Origin: Octopus sinensis
Taxonomy: Eukaryota
Assembly (NCBI RefSeq): GCF_006345805.1
Contig: NC_043007.1
Span: 49,538,001-49,602,000 of the forward strand
Length of the DNA stretch: 64,000 nt
Reading direction: 5' to 3'
The notes beneath the pieces were generated by a model. That model saw only the letters and a program-made list of their open reading frames with translations. It did not search any database and had not been told where the DNA came from. Positions 1 to 16,100 of this stretch are shown in pieces; the stretch's first letter is position 1; each line of letters opens with the position of its first letter. The position numbers and the translations under genes are program-made.

Positions 1-351
1 CTTGGTTTTAAATGAGCCGTGGGCGGTGGCGGAGTATACGGGCACAAGCGATGTTGGGGAGGAAAATTGACAAGAGGTTGAAAAGTCTCAGTGTTATAAT
101 GTTTAAGTGTGTAAGAGGCTCAGCGCCTTAATTTGTGAATGGACTATTAAGTCCAAAAATTGTAAAAACGGAAGTAAGAGGTTCAATACCTCGGTTTGTT
201 TTTTGTGTTAAAAATAATAATGTTTTAGGCAAACAAAATATCGGCGGCTGTTTTTAGTCTTCTCCCGTTAATATCACTTTATTTCATCATTCATCTCATC
301 AATGTTTCTGTTCAGCCCGCAAGCTACTCTCTATCATGCCTTTATGGCAAA

Positions 352-755
352 ATTTTTGAAATAAAGTAGCTTGCTTACGAACCACATAGTTCCGGGTTCG
401 GTCTCACTGCGTGGTAACTTGGGCAAGTGTCTTCTACTATAGCCTCGGGCCGACCAAAGCGTTATGAGTGGATTTGGTAGACGGAGACTGAAAGAAACCC
501 GTCGTATATATGTTTATATATATATATGCCTCTGTGTGTGTGTATACGTTTGTGTGTCCGTTTGTTCCCCAACATCGCTTGACAACCAATGCTGGTGTGT
601 TTACGTCCCCGTAACTTAGCGGTTCGGCAAAAGAGACCGATAGAATAAGTACTAGGCTTACAATGAATAAGTCCTGGGGTCAATTTGCTCGACTAAAGGC
701 GGTGCTCCAGCATGGCCACAGTCAAATGACTGACACAAGTATAAGAAAGAATATA
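352..755 (+). mobile_element. tRNA-derived SINE family I (CR1-like 3' tail)
   Basis: B-box-like GGGTTCGGTCTC, conserved body, tail GGCGGTGCTCCAGCATGGCCACAGTCAAATGACTGACAC. Homologous copies at 10196-10606, 28065-28218, 33645-33770 and 37262-37497. Confidence 0.85.
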
Positions 756-1044
756 CACGTGTATGCGTGTGTATGTGTATGTGTGTGTGTGAGAGTGTAT
801 AGATAGCTAGACACAGACAAAGAGCTAAATGTATACATATGTGCATAAATGTACATACAAAACACAAATACTGCATTTCATCTTATATGCATGCATATAT
901 GTGTGTGTATATATTAATATGTTTACGAATACAAACACACACGCGCGAGAGCGCGCGCACACATACATATGAAGAAAGGGAGAACAAAGTGCAAGCGAGA
1001 GGGAAATAGCAAATGAAAAATAGACATGTAAAATAAAATATTGT

Positions 1045-1050
1045 TTTATT
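1045..1050 (-). promoter_or_regulatory. Possible polyadenylation signal overlapping the SLC22 stop codon
   Basis: TAATAAA on the minus strand followed by U-rich sequence. Usage is unverified. Confidence 0.25.
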
Positions 1051-1255
1051 AAATTTCTTCGTTGTTTTTGGAATTTATATTTTTCCTCTTCTTTCCACCT
1101 TCTCCTTTACCGCGCTCCCGTTTGAAGCTCAGCATTTCATCCAAATTCTGTGGTAGTTGTTTATTATGCGTTTCAGGAAGAATGAAAAACAAGCTCGATG
1201 CAATGAAACAACCAGCACCAAATACAAGTCCTGGCCCCCAAACAACACGCGCAGC
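1049..1255 (-). CDS. SLC22 exon 10 (TM12, C-terminus, stop)
   Basis: Acceptor tatttttcag. AARVVWGPGLVFGAGCFIASSLFFILPETHNKQLPQNLDEM...NNEEI, then TAA. Confidence 0.92.
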   Translation of the reverse strand, partial: AARVVWGPGLVFGAGCFIASSLFFILPETHNKQLPQNLDEMLSFKRERGKGEGGKKRKNINSKNNEEI

Positions 1256-1566
1256 CTGAAAAATAGAAATTTACAAATTATATATATATTTACGTATATG
1301 CATGTATATGTGTCTGTTTGTTTGTGTGTGTGTGTGTGTTTACGCATATTAGAAGCGGCGGGGACTGTGGAACATGAGTGTGGTAAATTCACTGACGTCG
1401 GTCAGTTGTCACATTCGTTTTGGTATGGCATATTAGAAGCGGCAGAGAGTGCGGAACATGACTAGTTTGGTGGGGTCGTCACTGCAAAAAAATCTCTGTG
1501 TGTGTGTGAGTGAGTATATATGTATGTGTGAGCATATATATGATGTTATAGCTAAAGAAAACTTAC

Positions 1567-1639
1567 CAGCATTCTTGTGTAAGGAGAGATCATGCTACCG
1601 ATACGTGCTGTAGCTGAGGCTACACCCATTCCAGCAGTC
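1567..1639 (-). CDS. SLC22 exon 9 (TM11)
   Basis: (R)TAGMGVASATARIGSMISPYTRML. Acceptor tcttttaacag, donor GTAAGT. Confidence 0.92.
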
Positions 1640-2419
1640 CTGTTAAAAGACAATCCAACAATAATTAATTAAAAAGACTTTTTTTATAGAAACTGTCTCG
1701 AGACGAACAAGATGCCTTGTTCGTGGTAATTATTGTTTATGTTGGTCCTGGGCAATCATACAAATCAATGATGAATGATAATCAAACCACGAATATTCAG
1801 TGGTTTTCTCTTTTTCACCATTGCATCCAGAATCACATTTTCCAATGTCTGCTTGCCATTTTCAAAAGGTATTGTGCGAAAATTGAGCAAAGTTACACTG
1901 ATATTTGTAACTGGTCCGCTAATCACTTATATTTTCCTTTGTTGGCTCATGTTGAAGTTATTGTGACGAATTTACCACAGAATGCAATTTTTGAACAAAT
2001 AGTTATCACAACTTCCCGTCTCAACAGGAAATTGCGATTTCTGGACCATGCAGCATAGTTTATCGAGTGACTGACTCAAGTGGAAACTCTCTTCTAAGAC
2101 ACAACAGTTAAAGGGTTTTCCAATTACTCAGTTTTCCATTCCCATTTGGTGGAAATGAACTCAGCACAACAAATTACTGAAACGCTCGTTTATACAACAA
2201 GCGAACATCATAAATCATGAAAATGTCGGTCGCAATCAAAACACGCTGGTGAGTGGAAGCTAGGATCTTGGCTGAAACCATTTCACTTTACAAACGCTCC
2301 CGATGCTCTTTGAGGAAGAATGAGTATTCCAATCTCATGTCATTGTTTGCAATATGTATAACAACTGTTGGTCTCCAGTCAAAATATATATATTCACTTT
2401 CACATCCTTCTGTGGTTGT

Positions 2420-2900
2420 CAACTATCCTGTTGAATTCTTAAATTTTTTGGAACCTCCTGGACTCCCACAAAACCGACTTCTGTTGAAAGTAAGAACCAT
2501 CATTATGCTATCATGGAACCTTAACCAGCCTAGGTTGTGTAATGGCACTAGACTGTGCTAAAAGTCAACGCCCAATATTATTTCGACCACTACTTTAACT
2601 GGTTATTCCATGGGAGATATTTTTATACCCAGAATACCCATAATACCATCCGATACAGAAATCCTTTTGCATTAAAAGGGCTGCGACTGCCAATAAAACT
2701 CAGTTTTGCCATGTCTGTAAATAAATCACAAGGACAGACTTTATTTTTTCCTGGGCTACAACTTGAACATTGTTTCTCACACGGGCAACTGTATGTTGCA
2801 TGTACAAAAGTTGGAGGTCTTAGTCATGTTTTTGTTTATGCTTCTTCAGGAAAATCACTTAACTTTGTTTATAAGAAACTACAGATTTACAGTAAATAGT
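2420..2900 (+). mobile_element. Helitron RepHel (Pif1 helicase C-terminal) fragment, frameshifted
   Basis: YPVEFLNFLEPPGLPQNRLLLKV...LCNGTRL and LPIKLSFAMSVNKSQGQTL...FSHGQLYVAC motifs. Confidence 0.85.
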
Positions 2901-3083
2901 AAATAAGAGGAAGAAAAAGCAATAAAATGCGAAGTGATGCTGAAGACCTACAAATGAAATATAAATATGTATATAGCATGGCAAAATAGTGTTATATAGG
3001 TTGTCAAAACAATATATACATATACATACATACATACATACATACATACATACATACATACATACATACATGCATACATATAT

Positions 3084-4704
<1,621 letters not shown>

Positions 4705-4886
4705 ATTAGGGCTTAGTAAAATAAATTACTTTGCCACATACTGAACTTAGTAGAAATAGCAGCCAAAAAAAAACTTTTTTAGCCATTTCTACTACTTAAA
4801 GAAATTTCTCTCAAATAATGTTTACTCCAGACAGCTCACGAAGGTTTGGAGGTAAATACAGAAAAATATCACAAGTACATAGATCG

Positions 4887-4949
4887 TTTGAGTACGTCAA
4901 CGTTTCAAGATTAGCCAAATAAAATCAGCATTTCTTTCGTCAGCTCAAA
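4887..4949 (-). ncRNA. Type I hammerhead ribozyme, structurally complete
   Basis: TTTGAG-CTGACGA-AAGA(aat GCTGA ttttat TTGGC taa)TCTT-GAA-ACGT tg ACGT-A-CTCAAA. Predicted cleavage after GUA, between 4893 and 4892. Confidence 0.8.
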
Positions 4950-5165
4950 ATTTCTTAATTTGGATTTGGAAACACTAAAAAGAAGGAACTTTACCTATCG
5001 GCGAACTTGTCGCTTCAGATGAACCAGCTCCAACTGCCAGTGCCAACAAATTCAAAATGCGCAGGCGTAAATTTCTGCACTCCTCTTCCACCCACGTGGA
5101 AGCGACAAGTTCGCCGATAGGTAAAGTTCCTTCTTTTTAGTGTTTCCAAATCCAAATTAAGAAAT

Positions 5166-5228
5166 TTGGAGCTGACGAAAGAAATGCTGATTTTATTTGG
5201 CTAATCTTGAAACGTTGACGTAGTCAAA
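5166..5228 (+). ncRNA. Mirror copy of the hammerhead with stem I disrupted
   Basis: Same motif on the opposite arm. Substitutions at 5168 and 5223 break two stem I pairs. Confidence 0.65.
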
Positions 5229-5235
5229 CGATCTA

Positions 5236-5612
5236 CACTTGCGTCAGAAATTAATTAGCACTTCTCAAATTTCTACATTAAATAGGTTAAATCAATTAAG
5301 CTATGAGCTGTTCAAAACGTCTTACGCGATGAGAAAACTTAGTATGGTGTGATTTCGGTCCTTGCGAGGCGCTACCTATATCTATTAAACAAAGGAAGAT
5401 TTGTCTGCATCCGCACTCCAAGTTGTTGCACTGCTATGTCAACATCATAAGGCTGTAGACTCTCAAACTGCTCTGCAAACAAAGTTACGTCATCGTTCTG
5501 CGCAACAGTGAACTCGCAACAAAGCAATAGTTCGAGATATTGCCACTAGGTGACAGCACATACCTTGAGTGAAGAGCAAATCAAGGGTGCTAATTAATTT
5601 CTGACGGTAGTG
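5236..5612. mobile_element. Tc1/mariner-type MITE
   Basis: 26-bp TIRs CACTTGCGTCAGAAATTAATTAGCAC and its reverse-complement partner (2 mismatches), flanked by TA on both sides, non-coding interior. Confidence 0.75.
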
Positions 5613-5885
5613 TATGTACTTGTGATATTTTTCTGTATTTACCTCCAAACCTTCGTGAGCTGTCTGGAGTAAACATTATCTGAGAGAAATTTTCTTTAAG
5701 TAGTAGAAATGGCTAAAAAAATAATTTTTTTTTGGCTGCTATTTCTACTAAGTTCAGTATGTGGCAAAGTAATTTATTTTACTAAGCCCTAATTATATAA
5801 TGTAATATTTTGAATTCGCCTTAAATGGTCCTTTTACATACTGAACACTTGGTGAAATTGATTAATTAATTTCACCCTCAATTGT

Positions 5886-5938
<53 letters not shown>

Positions 5939-6034
5939 GACATACATATACATACAAATATACAGAAGCACAAAGAAACATACGCACATACACACACACA
6001 AAAGAACGTGTATATATTTGTGATTAATGCTAAC

Positions 6035-6152
6035 CTTAATGTGGTTGGATAGATTTCAGGAGTATATAACCATAAACCACCAAAGGCACCACTAATAGCA
6101 AGCATTCCAAGCAAAGAAAAAACTATTGTAGAAGTATTGATGGCGTCACTGT
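6035..6152 (-). CDS. SLC22 exon 8 (TM10)
   Basis: (D)SDAINTSTIVFSLLGMLAISGAFGGLWLYTPEIYPTTL-R. Acceptor atttacag, GT donor at 6034. Confidence 0.92.
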
Positions 6153-7262
6153 CTGTAAATAGAAAATATAGGTCAACATTATCACAAACTTAACACAGTT
6201 TGCTTCTGGGCTTCTAGATCGAAATGAAAATATGTGATGCTTATTCATCTCATATTATTATGGGTTGACAACCGAAAACAAGTAAATATGAATTCAATTC
6301 AAACATTATTTGATATATTAAACCTCTGTTCAGTTAATATCTTCTTTTCTATGATGACAACACCAAAAACTACATTTGATGACACCTTCTAGATGTATGA
6401 ATAGTAACGTGGTAATTTAAAGAATTGGCTTCGAATCTTTTGGACTATTCAAATATATCTGACCTTACTTCAGTGTAATTTGATCTTCAACCACTTGGCG
6501 ATGCATAGAGAGCTAAAGACCAATATAAAAAAAATTGCATAAATCAGATGACTTACCTTTTCCCTGACTGTCTGCCTGTCTGCCTGACTCTGTCTCTCCC
6601 CCCTCTCTCTCTGTTTACACGGTCGTCTTGAATATTCAAGATAAAAGCATAAAGTGTGTGCTCAAGTTAACATTTCAGCTTTTTGCTCTCACTTCACGCA
6701 ACCTCGTTTTAGAAAGCTCTTCTGGTCAATCATTCTAGAATTTCAGTGTGTGTATGTTTGTGTGTGTGTATATGTGTGTGTGTGTGTGCGTGTTTGTGTG
6801 TGTGTAAATGGGCACATACACCCACACGCGCACACAGACACACGCACATTTAATATTGTTTCATGCTATCTTTAAAAGCCTGCTGAGCCCTTTCATCGCC
6901 ATGTGTTTCTCCTTGTTGATCTAGTGTCAGGTTTCGTTTATTCACTTGACCGTTATCATTCTATCAACTTGACCGTTATCATTCTATTTTTAACTCAGAT
7001 TAATTTATTTTGTTTTATGCAGTGGATATGTCATAGTTTTATATAGGAAATATTAATGGTAGATAATAGCTTTATATAAATGCAGTGTAGTTTGAACTTT
7101 TGTGAGGTCTACTGCACCGAAAGACTTCTGTTGTCAAGGCTGGAATTGACAAGTGGTGTTTCTTCTGTATCCATTTACATACACTTCCTTATCCTTTTCA
7201 CCACGAGAAATGAAATCACTTGCAAGATAACGGAATTGTCATATCTATCTATCTATCTATCT

Positions 7263-8380
7263 TGGCACCGCGAGTGTCGCGTTGCTCTCAAGCAACTCTG
7301 CCGTCCTGGGTCGACCTTAAGTGACTTCAACACAACCAAAGCATTCTATAGGGGTTTAGTGGAGGGGAGGTACGACGACGAGCTCGGGGCGAACCTGGAC
7401 GTCGACGAGGAGTACCTGACCCGCCTGTTCGGGACGACTTTCGGGCCAGGGCCCATGGACAACTTCCAGAGATCCCTGGCCTGGCAGTGCTACCGAGAAG
7501 CGCTACCCGTTCGGGATAAGCTCTACAGACACGGCTCGAGAAACACGGGGCCGACCTGCCCGAGATGCGGTCAGAGCGACGAAACCGTTCTGCACGCACT
7601 CGTTCAGTGTCCAACAATTTCCGACCTGTGGGCTTATGTCGAACAACTGCTGTCACGTGTGGGACGAGTCGGTTTATCAGCTGAGTCTATCGTCAATATT
7701 GTCACGCCTCCTTCCTTCAAACGGGAAGGAAGAGCTATTTTCATCATCCTTGTGGCTATGGCGAAAGAATGTATCTGGTGGACGCGTCTGAAAGGATTGG
7801 AGACAAACACTTTCCTCTCTGGTCAATCTCTCATCAACTTCTTCAAGTACCACTTGAAAAGGAAAGTGAGAGTAGAGAGGCAAGTTTTGTCTAGCGAATG
7901 TTTTAAAAAAAGATGGGTGAATGTAGCAAGAATGGCACGTATGAATGACGAAGCCACCTTGAGCATAGTCCTATGAACCCAGAAATCGAAAACAGAGAGT
8001 TGCTTATTTGCAAAAAAAAAAAAAAAAAAAAAAGAAATATAAAATGTGACTTCATTGACCGAGGTTACCGTGGTCTTTTCCGCAGGCTTTTCTTTCCACG
8101 GGTAAACCTCACCTGTCCTCCCCTTTACACTTCATATTGACATTTCTGTGATAACGATCCCTATTGATCATTTTTTTTTCCTCTCCCCCCCCCTTTTTTT
8201 TTTTTTTTTTTTTAACCCCCCTTATTTTTGTCCTCTTTCTCTCCTTTTACGATCCCTTTTGATCGAACCTCCCCCTTCCTTTTTTTTTTTTTTTTTTTTT
8301 TTTTTAATACCTTCAAAAGAAAAGCTCTACCTTGTAATTTGTTCTATCTGTGTGCAGCCCTGTGTGGCTAATAAAGAAAC
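7263..8380 (+). mobile_element. Tx1/L1-clade LINE, young 5'-truncated copy in (TATC)n
   Basis: ORF2 C-terminus with CPRC...H..VQC zinc motif. 3' end GCCCTGTGTGGCTAATAAAGAAAC. (TATC)n on both sides. Confidence 0.9.
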
Positions 8381-8660
<280 letters not shown>

Positions 8661-8704
8661 ACTTTTTGTGCTTAACTATTGCCAATAAAAGATAGGTGTC
8701 TTAC

Positions 8705-8790
8705 CACCGATTGATTTCAGAACTGCCACGGCTAACAATGTCACAGCTGAGGCAGCAATGAGAATTATGATGGCTTTCTTCCGTCCAAAT
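8705..8790 (-). CDS. SLC22 exon 7 (TM9)
   Basis: Acceptor tttttcag. FGRKKAIIILIAASAVTLLAVAVLKSIG. Donor GTAAGA. Confidence 0.9.
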
Positions 8791-9796
8791 CTGAAAAATG
8801 GTACAAAATAAGATTCTGGTGGTGAGCTTGAATGATGAGTTTCATAGATTGGTACATGGAGTAAATTATCTCAGATATCGTAGTAGACCTTTCAGTGATA
8901 TGTACAATGCAATAAAGAAAGGCAGCGACGGAGAGAGTGAGAAAGAAAGAGAGCGAGAAAGAAATAGAGGGAGAGAGAAGGGTAGGGAGGAGTGAAAGAG
9001 AGAGCGGGTGGAGAGAGAAAGAGACAGAGCTCCAATGTTTGACTAGCATATATTTTCGAAGGCACTAATGATAAAGTTGACTTCGGAGGGGTTCGAGTTC
9101 AGGGCGCGTAAAGCTGGGACAATGATTGGACAAGGCAGTCCAACTAATTCTTCAATGATTCCACAAGTTTGCCGCCTGAAATCATATCCGTTTGTCTTAG
9201 ATGAAAGCAAGGCATATTTGATAACACAGTTGAAAATAGAATGTGTTTGGAAACAAGAGGCAAGCTGATGTCAACTGGAACTGTTCTGATCAAAGTCAGT
9301 TGAACTAAGGTTATTCTGGGGTATCCATAACAACAAAACTTGTAAAATTATTGTACTTATAATCACCAACCCCTGTGCAAATATCTCATGTTCAGTATTT
9401 CATTCATCAACCCCAACTCTCTGTCTATCTTTCTCTTCCCTTTTTTCTCTCTCTCTTTTTATAACACTCATCGTTACTTCAATATACACATCTCATAACA
9501 CATAAAGCTTCTAGCGAGCCCTGAACGCTCTGTATCAATGTTTTCTCCACTCTATAATCTTCATTAATCTTCTAAATGAAGATTTAGAACGTGTGTGTTT
9601 GTGTGTGTGTATATGTGTGTGTGTGAGTGTGTGTGTGTGAGTGTGTGTGTGAGTGTGTGTGTGCGTGTGTGTGTGTGTGAGTGTGTGTGTGTGAGTGTGC
9701 GTGCGTTAAAGACACACAAATACAAATATCTTTCTGTCTGTCTATCTGTGGCCCCATCTGTCTCTCTTTCTCTCTCTGTGTCTCTCTCACTCTCAG

Positions 9797-9869
<73 letters not shown>

Positions 9870-9934
9870 TTGTGCGCGCTCACATGTGTGCATGTATATA
9901 TATGCGAATTGCGAATCAAATATAAAATATTTAC

Positions 9935-10072
9935 GAACAGCATGAATAATTTGTAGAGGAGGAAACTGAAGGAAGTTCCATGGATGCAGTGAGGAAGTAA
10001 TTCAAATGACGGTCTCCAGACAAACTACTGGAGGTCAAGTAGAGTCCAAAATATGTCACACTGGTAATCAGC
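9935..10072 (-). CDS. SLC22 exon 6 (TM7-TM8); 3' end uncertain
   Basis: Acceptor tttgtttcag. (W)LITSVTYFGLYLTSSSLSGDRHLNYFLTASMELPS... In frame using the GTAAAT donor at 9934, but the last 12 residues are atypical (see findings). Confidence 0.8.
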
Positions 10073-10195
10073 CTGAAACAAAGGAAACAAGACAAACATT
10101 TGGCTTTTGTTCTTTCTTAAAAGTATTATTACACATAGTGTTCAGTTTTTTGTTTTAAATTATCAAATATAACTATTGTTGTCTTATATGTATCT

Positions 10196-10606
10196 GTGGC
10201 GCAGACGTGGCTGTTTAGTAAGAAGTTTGCTTCCCAACCACATGATTCCAGGTTCAGTCCCACTACGTGGCACTTTGAGCAGGTGTCCTCTACTATAGCC
10301 TTGGGCTGACCAAAGCCTTGTGAGTAGATTTGGTAGACGGAAACTGAAAGAAACCCGTCGTATATACATATATGTATATATATCAGCGTGTGTGGCTGTG
10401 TTTGTCCCCATCCACCCACCACTCGACAACTGGTGTTGGTGTGTTTACGTCTCAGTAAACTAGCGGTTCAACTTAAGACATCGATAGAATAAGTTGCTGA
10501 CTTTATTAAAATAAGAACTGGGCTCAATTCATTCGAATAAAATTTCAAGGCCGTGCCCCAGCATGGCCACAGTCCGATGACTGAAATAAGTAAAAGGTTA
10601 AAAATA
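10196..10606 (+). mobile_element. tRNA-derived SINE family I
   Basis: Homologous to 352-755. Tail CAGTC-CGAT-GACTG-AAAT. Confidence 0.85.
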
Positions 10607-11888
10607 AATTATGCATCTACCACGCGTCCTGCGTTTCTAAGATGTTGCTGTTAACCTTCTGAAATTGACACTGAGGTTTGTGGAAGTCTTAGTCGAACGC
10701 CGGTGAGTGTAACCATGGTATGCTGCATGAACAGCTAAGAGCAATACTACCTGGCTGCAGACCACCAGGTATGTCACCATTGTCTGGTGATTTCGCTCAA
10801 TGACAGACATGAGCACTCTGCTGGTTTGCTCGCCAAATTTGCCTGATAAAAGACACCTAATGCCTTTACAAGAGCTATATATTTCCAATATCTGTTTGTG
10901 TCTTTCGCAATCCTTCGTCTGTCATACCCAAATATAAGGAATTTTGCTTAATTAAATGATTATGAGTATAAAAGATGCGAACATTAAATGGTAGATTCAA
11001 TATGTGTTATTTTAAATCATGAAGGCAGTGACTGATATTTTGTCCGTTTTGGCCTCGTCAGTCTTTCGACGCTTACAATTTGCAAAACTTCGAAGTCACT
11101 GCCAATAAAATTATTAATAGTATATTTTGTATTATAATTTGTAAACTATATATTATGATAACAAGTTTACTACATTGGCGAAGAACAAATTTGGTAAGGG
11201 ATTGCTTGTAATTCAGTACAAAGAAATTCATTCGATGCCCATCTGTTTGTTATGATGCTTAGCTTATTCGCTGATATACATGCGTGTATATATGTACTCA
11301 TACATCCATGCATAAATACACGTGCATGCTCAATAAGAAATTCAAAATATAGTAAATTAGAGCTGTGACTTATTTGGGATAAAAAAAACAGAACGGAAAG
11401 GAAAGAATATAGCACAATGTAGACTTGTGCATATTACCTGCACTAATTCCAGTTACAATATACTTGGAAGGAACCGATCAACATGAGATTATAAAAGAAG
11501 GATTTTGCTTAAAGCCCTACGCAAAACCACGATGATGCAAATAGATTTACTTAACAACACAGACACGTCGGTGTCTAAGTGTTTCTCTATCATAAATGAA
11601 CAGTTGGCTTGTGGTCAAAATCTTAAAAGTGTATGGACGGCGGAATTTTCGAAAAGTGTTCGAGATTTACCTATTGATGGTGAACTAATAACGGTTTCCA
11701 ATTTTGGTACTAAGCTAGCAATTTTAAAGGAGTGGGCATGTCGATTACATTGAGCTCAGTGCTGGTACTTATTTTATCCACCCCTAAAATGATGAAAGTC
11801 AAAGTCGACATCGGTGACATTTGAAATCAGGAAGGAATTTTGTCCGGCGCGGTAACAATTCTGCCAACTCGCCGCCTAAATAAGACTA

Positions 11889-11923
<35 letters not shown>

Positions 11924-11924
11924 A

Positions 11925-11986
<62 letters not shown>

Positions 11987-11987
<1 letters not shown>

Positions 11988-12521
11988 GCCTGATGTAGTA
12001 CAAGGCAGTGGCTCTCATGGCATCTGATCTTAACTAATTGGAAGTGCTATCATGTACATTGTTTTGTCTCGGTATAAAAGATGGGCTACAGCAAATATTC
12101 TGCTCAATACCACAGATTTACTTGTCAGTTGTTTGACCATAACCAGTTGAGCATGTCTGTTGGTGGCTGACGATATGTGCATCTCTGTGCATCTCAGGAG
12201 CAGAAGTAGCGGGATTCTTTGGGGTGTGAATAATTCACCTCTGGAAACATGGGTGTTTCGTTTAACATCCTTAAACACCCCTTATTCAGGGACCTTTTGA
12301 GCGCGATGGGTTACTCAACCAGAAAAAAATTCTAACTGGGCCCCACCTGCAAGGTCATGTGCTGTTTATCTTGATATGAGATCAGCATCTCGCGCACACA
12401 TGGTTGTGATGCATGTGCCTTGTTTACCATTATCAGACGGTTTGTCATGATGGGTATACTGGGCTTCGTATATGTTACCCCAGCGTCACTTTGATGGCAT
12501 GCACTGCTCTCTCACTCACTC
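11987..12521 (+). repeat. Non-coding unit of about 535 bp flanked by (TAA)n on both sides; probable non-autonomous retroelement
   Basis: Sharp boundaries against (TAA)n arrays. No clear ORF or A/B box. Orientation is inferred. Confidence 0.45.
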
Positions 12522-12579
<58 letters not shown>

Positions 12580-13063
12580 GAAAAGGTCACAGAAAACGAG
12601 AAAGCAACCATACTCTGGGATATGCCGATACACACAGATAGAGAAATTAAGGCCAACAGACCAGATATAGTTGTCAGAGATCATGAAGAAACAAAATGCT
12701 TTCTAATTGATGTATCAATACCGGCAGATGACAACGTGTCTCTAAAAGAAATGGAGAAACTCTCAAAATACAAAGACCTGGAAATAGAGGTAACCAGAAT
12801 GTGGAATCTAAAAACAGAAACAATTCCTATCATAGTAGGCATGATAAAAAAATATTCAGACAAATACATAACAAAAACACCAGGACTAACAAACACATAT
12901 AACATACAGAAAATTGCACTACTAGGCACTGCACACATCCTACGCAGAACACTTTCCATACAATAACCATCAGAGCATCATAACAAATCACAGCACATAC
13001 CCAAGGCACACAGAACTGCGCTCGGTAGTGAAGTGAAAGCACGCTATAAAAATAAAACTACTG
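12580..13063 (+). mobile_element. R4/Dong retrotransposon family A, 3' fragment
   Basis: RLE motif KANRPDIVV..LIDVSIP...K..KYKDL. (TAA)n flanks. Near-identical to the corresponding part of 30163-31055. Confidence 0.9.
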
Positions 13064-15800
<2,737 letters not shown>

Positions 15801-15889
15801 CATAACAACAAAAATAACATTAACAACAGCGGCAACAGCAGCAGCAGCAACAGCAACGTCATCACCACCAACAACAACACTAAGAACCT

Positions 15890-16100
15890 TTCTATTATAG
15901 GCAAAAGGCTTGAAATTTTGGAAAAGGGAGCCAATCGATTAGATCGACCCCAGTACGCTACTGGTATTTACTTTATCGACCCCGAAAGGATGAAATGCAA
16001 TGTCGACCTCGGGGAAATTTGAACTCAGAACGTAAAGACAGACAAAATGCCGCTAAGCATTTTGCCCGGCGTGCAAACGCTTCTGCCAGCTCGACACCTT
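15890..16100 (-). mobile_element. SINE family II ((ATT)n-tailed)
   Basis: Core GAGGTCGAC...CCTTTCGGGGTCGATAAA and B-box-like GAGTTCAAAT. Confidence 0.8.

Larger units (their letters stand above)
4698..5800. repeat. Compound palindrome: outer arms about 184 bp enclosing two TA-flanked inverted-repeat elements
   Basis: Outer arms 4698-4881 and 5613-5800. Inner A 4880-5235 (137-bp arms, 82-nt spacer). Inner B 5234-5614. Confidence 0.9.

Noticed and set aside
1717-2300. Possible hAT transposase remnant
   Set aside because: There is only a vague resemblance across broken frames, with no TIR or TSD. It cannot be supported without a search.
7327-7883. Antisense ORFs within Tx1, Dong and CR1 copies
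   Set aside because: These are expected shadows of long coding sequences and show no independent motifs.
10637-10888. 83-aa minus-strand ORF as a candidate SLC22 exon
   Set aside because: It has no family motif, and the exon chain is already complete and in phase without it.
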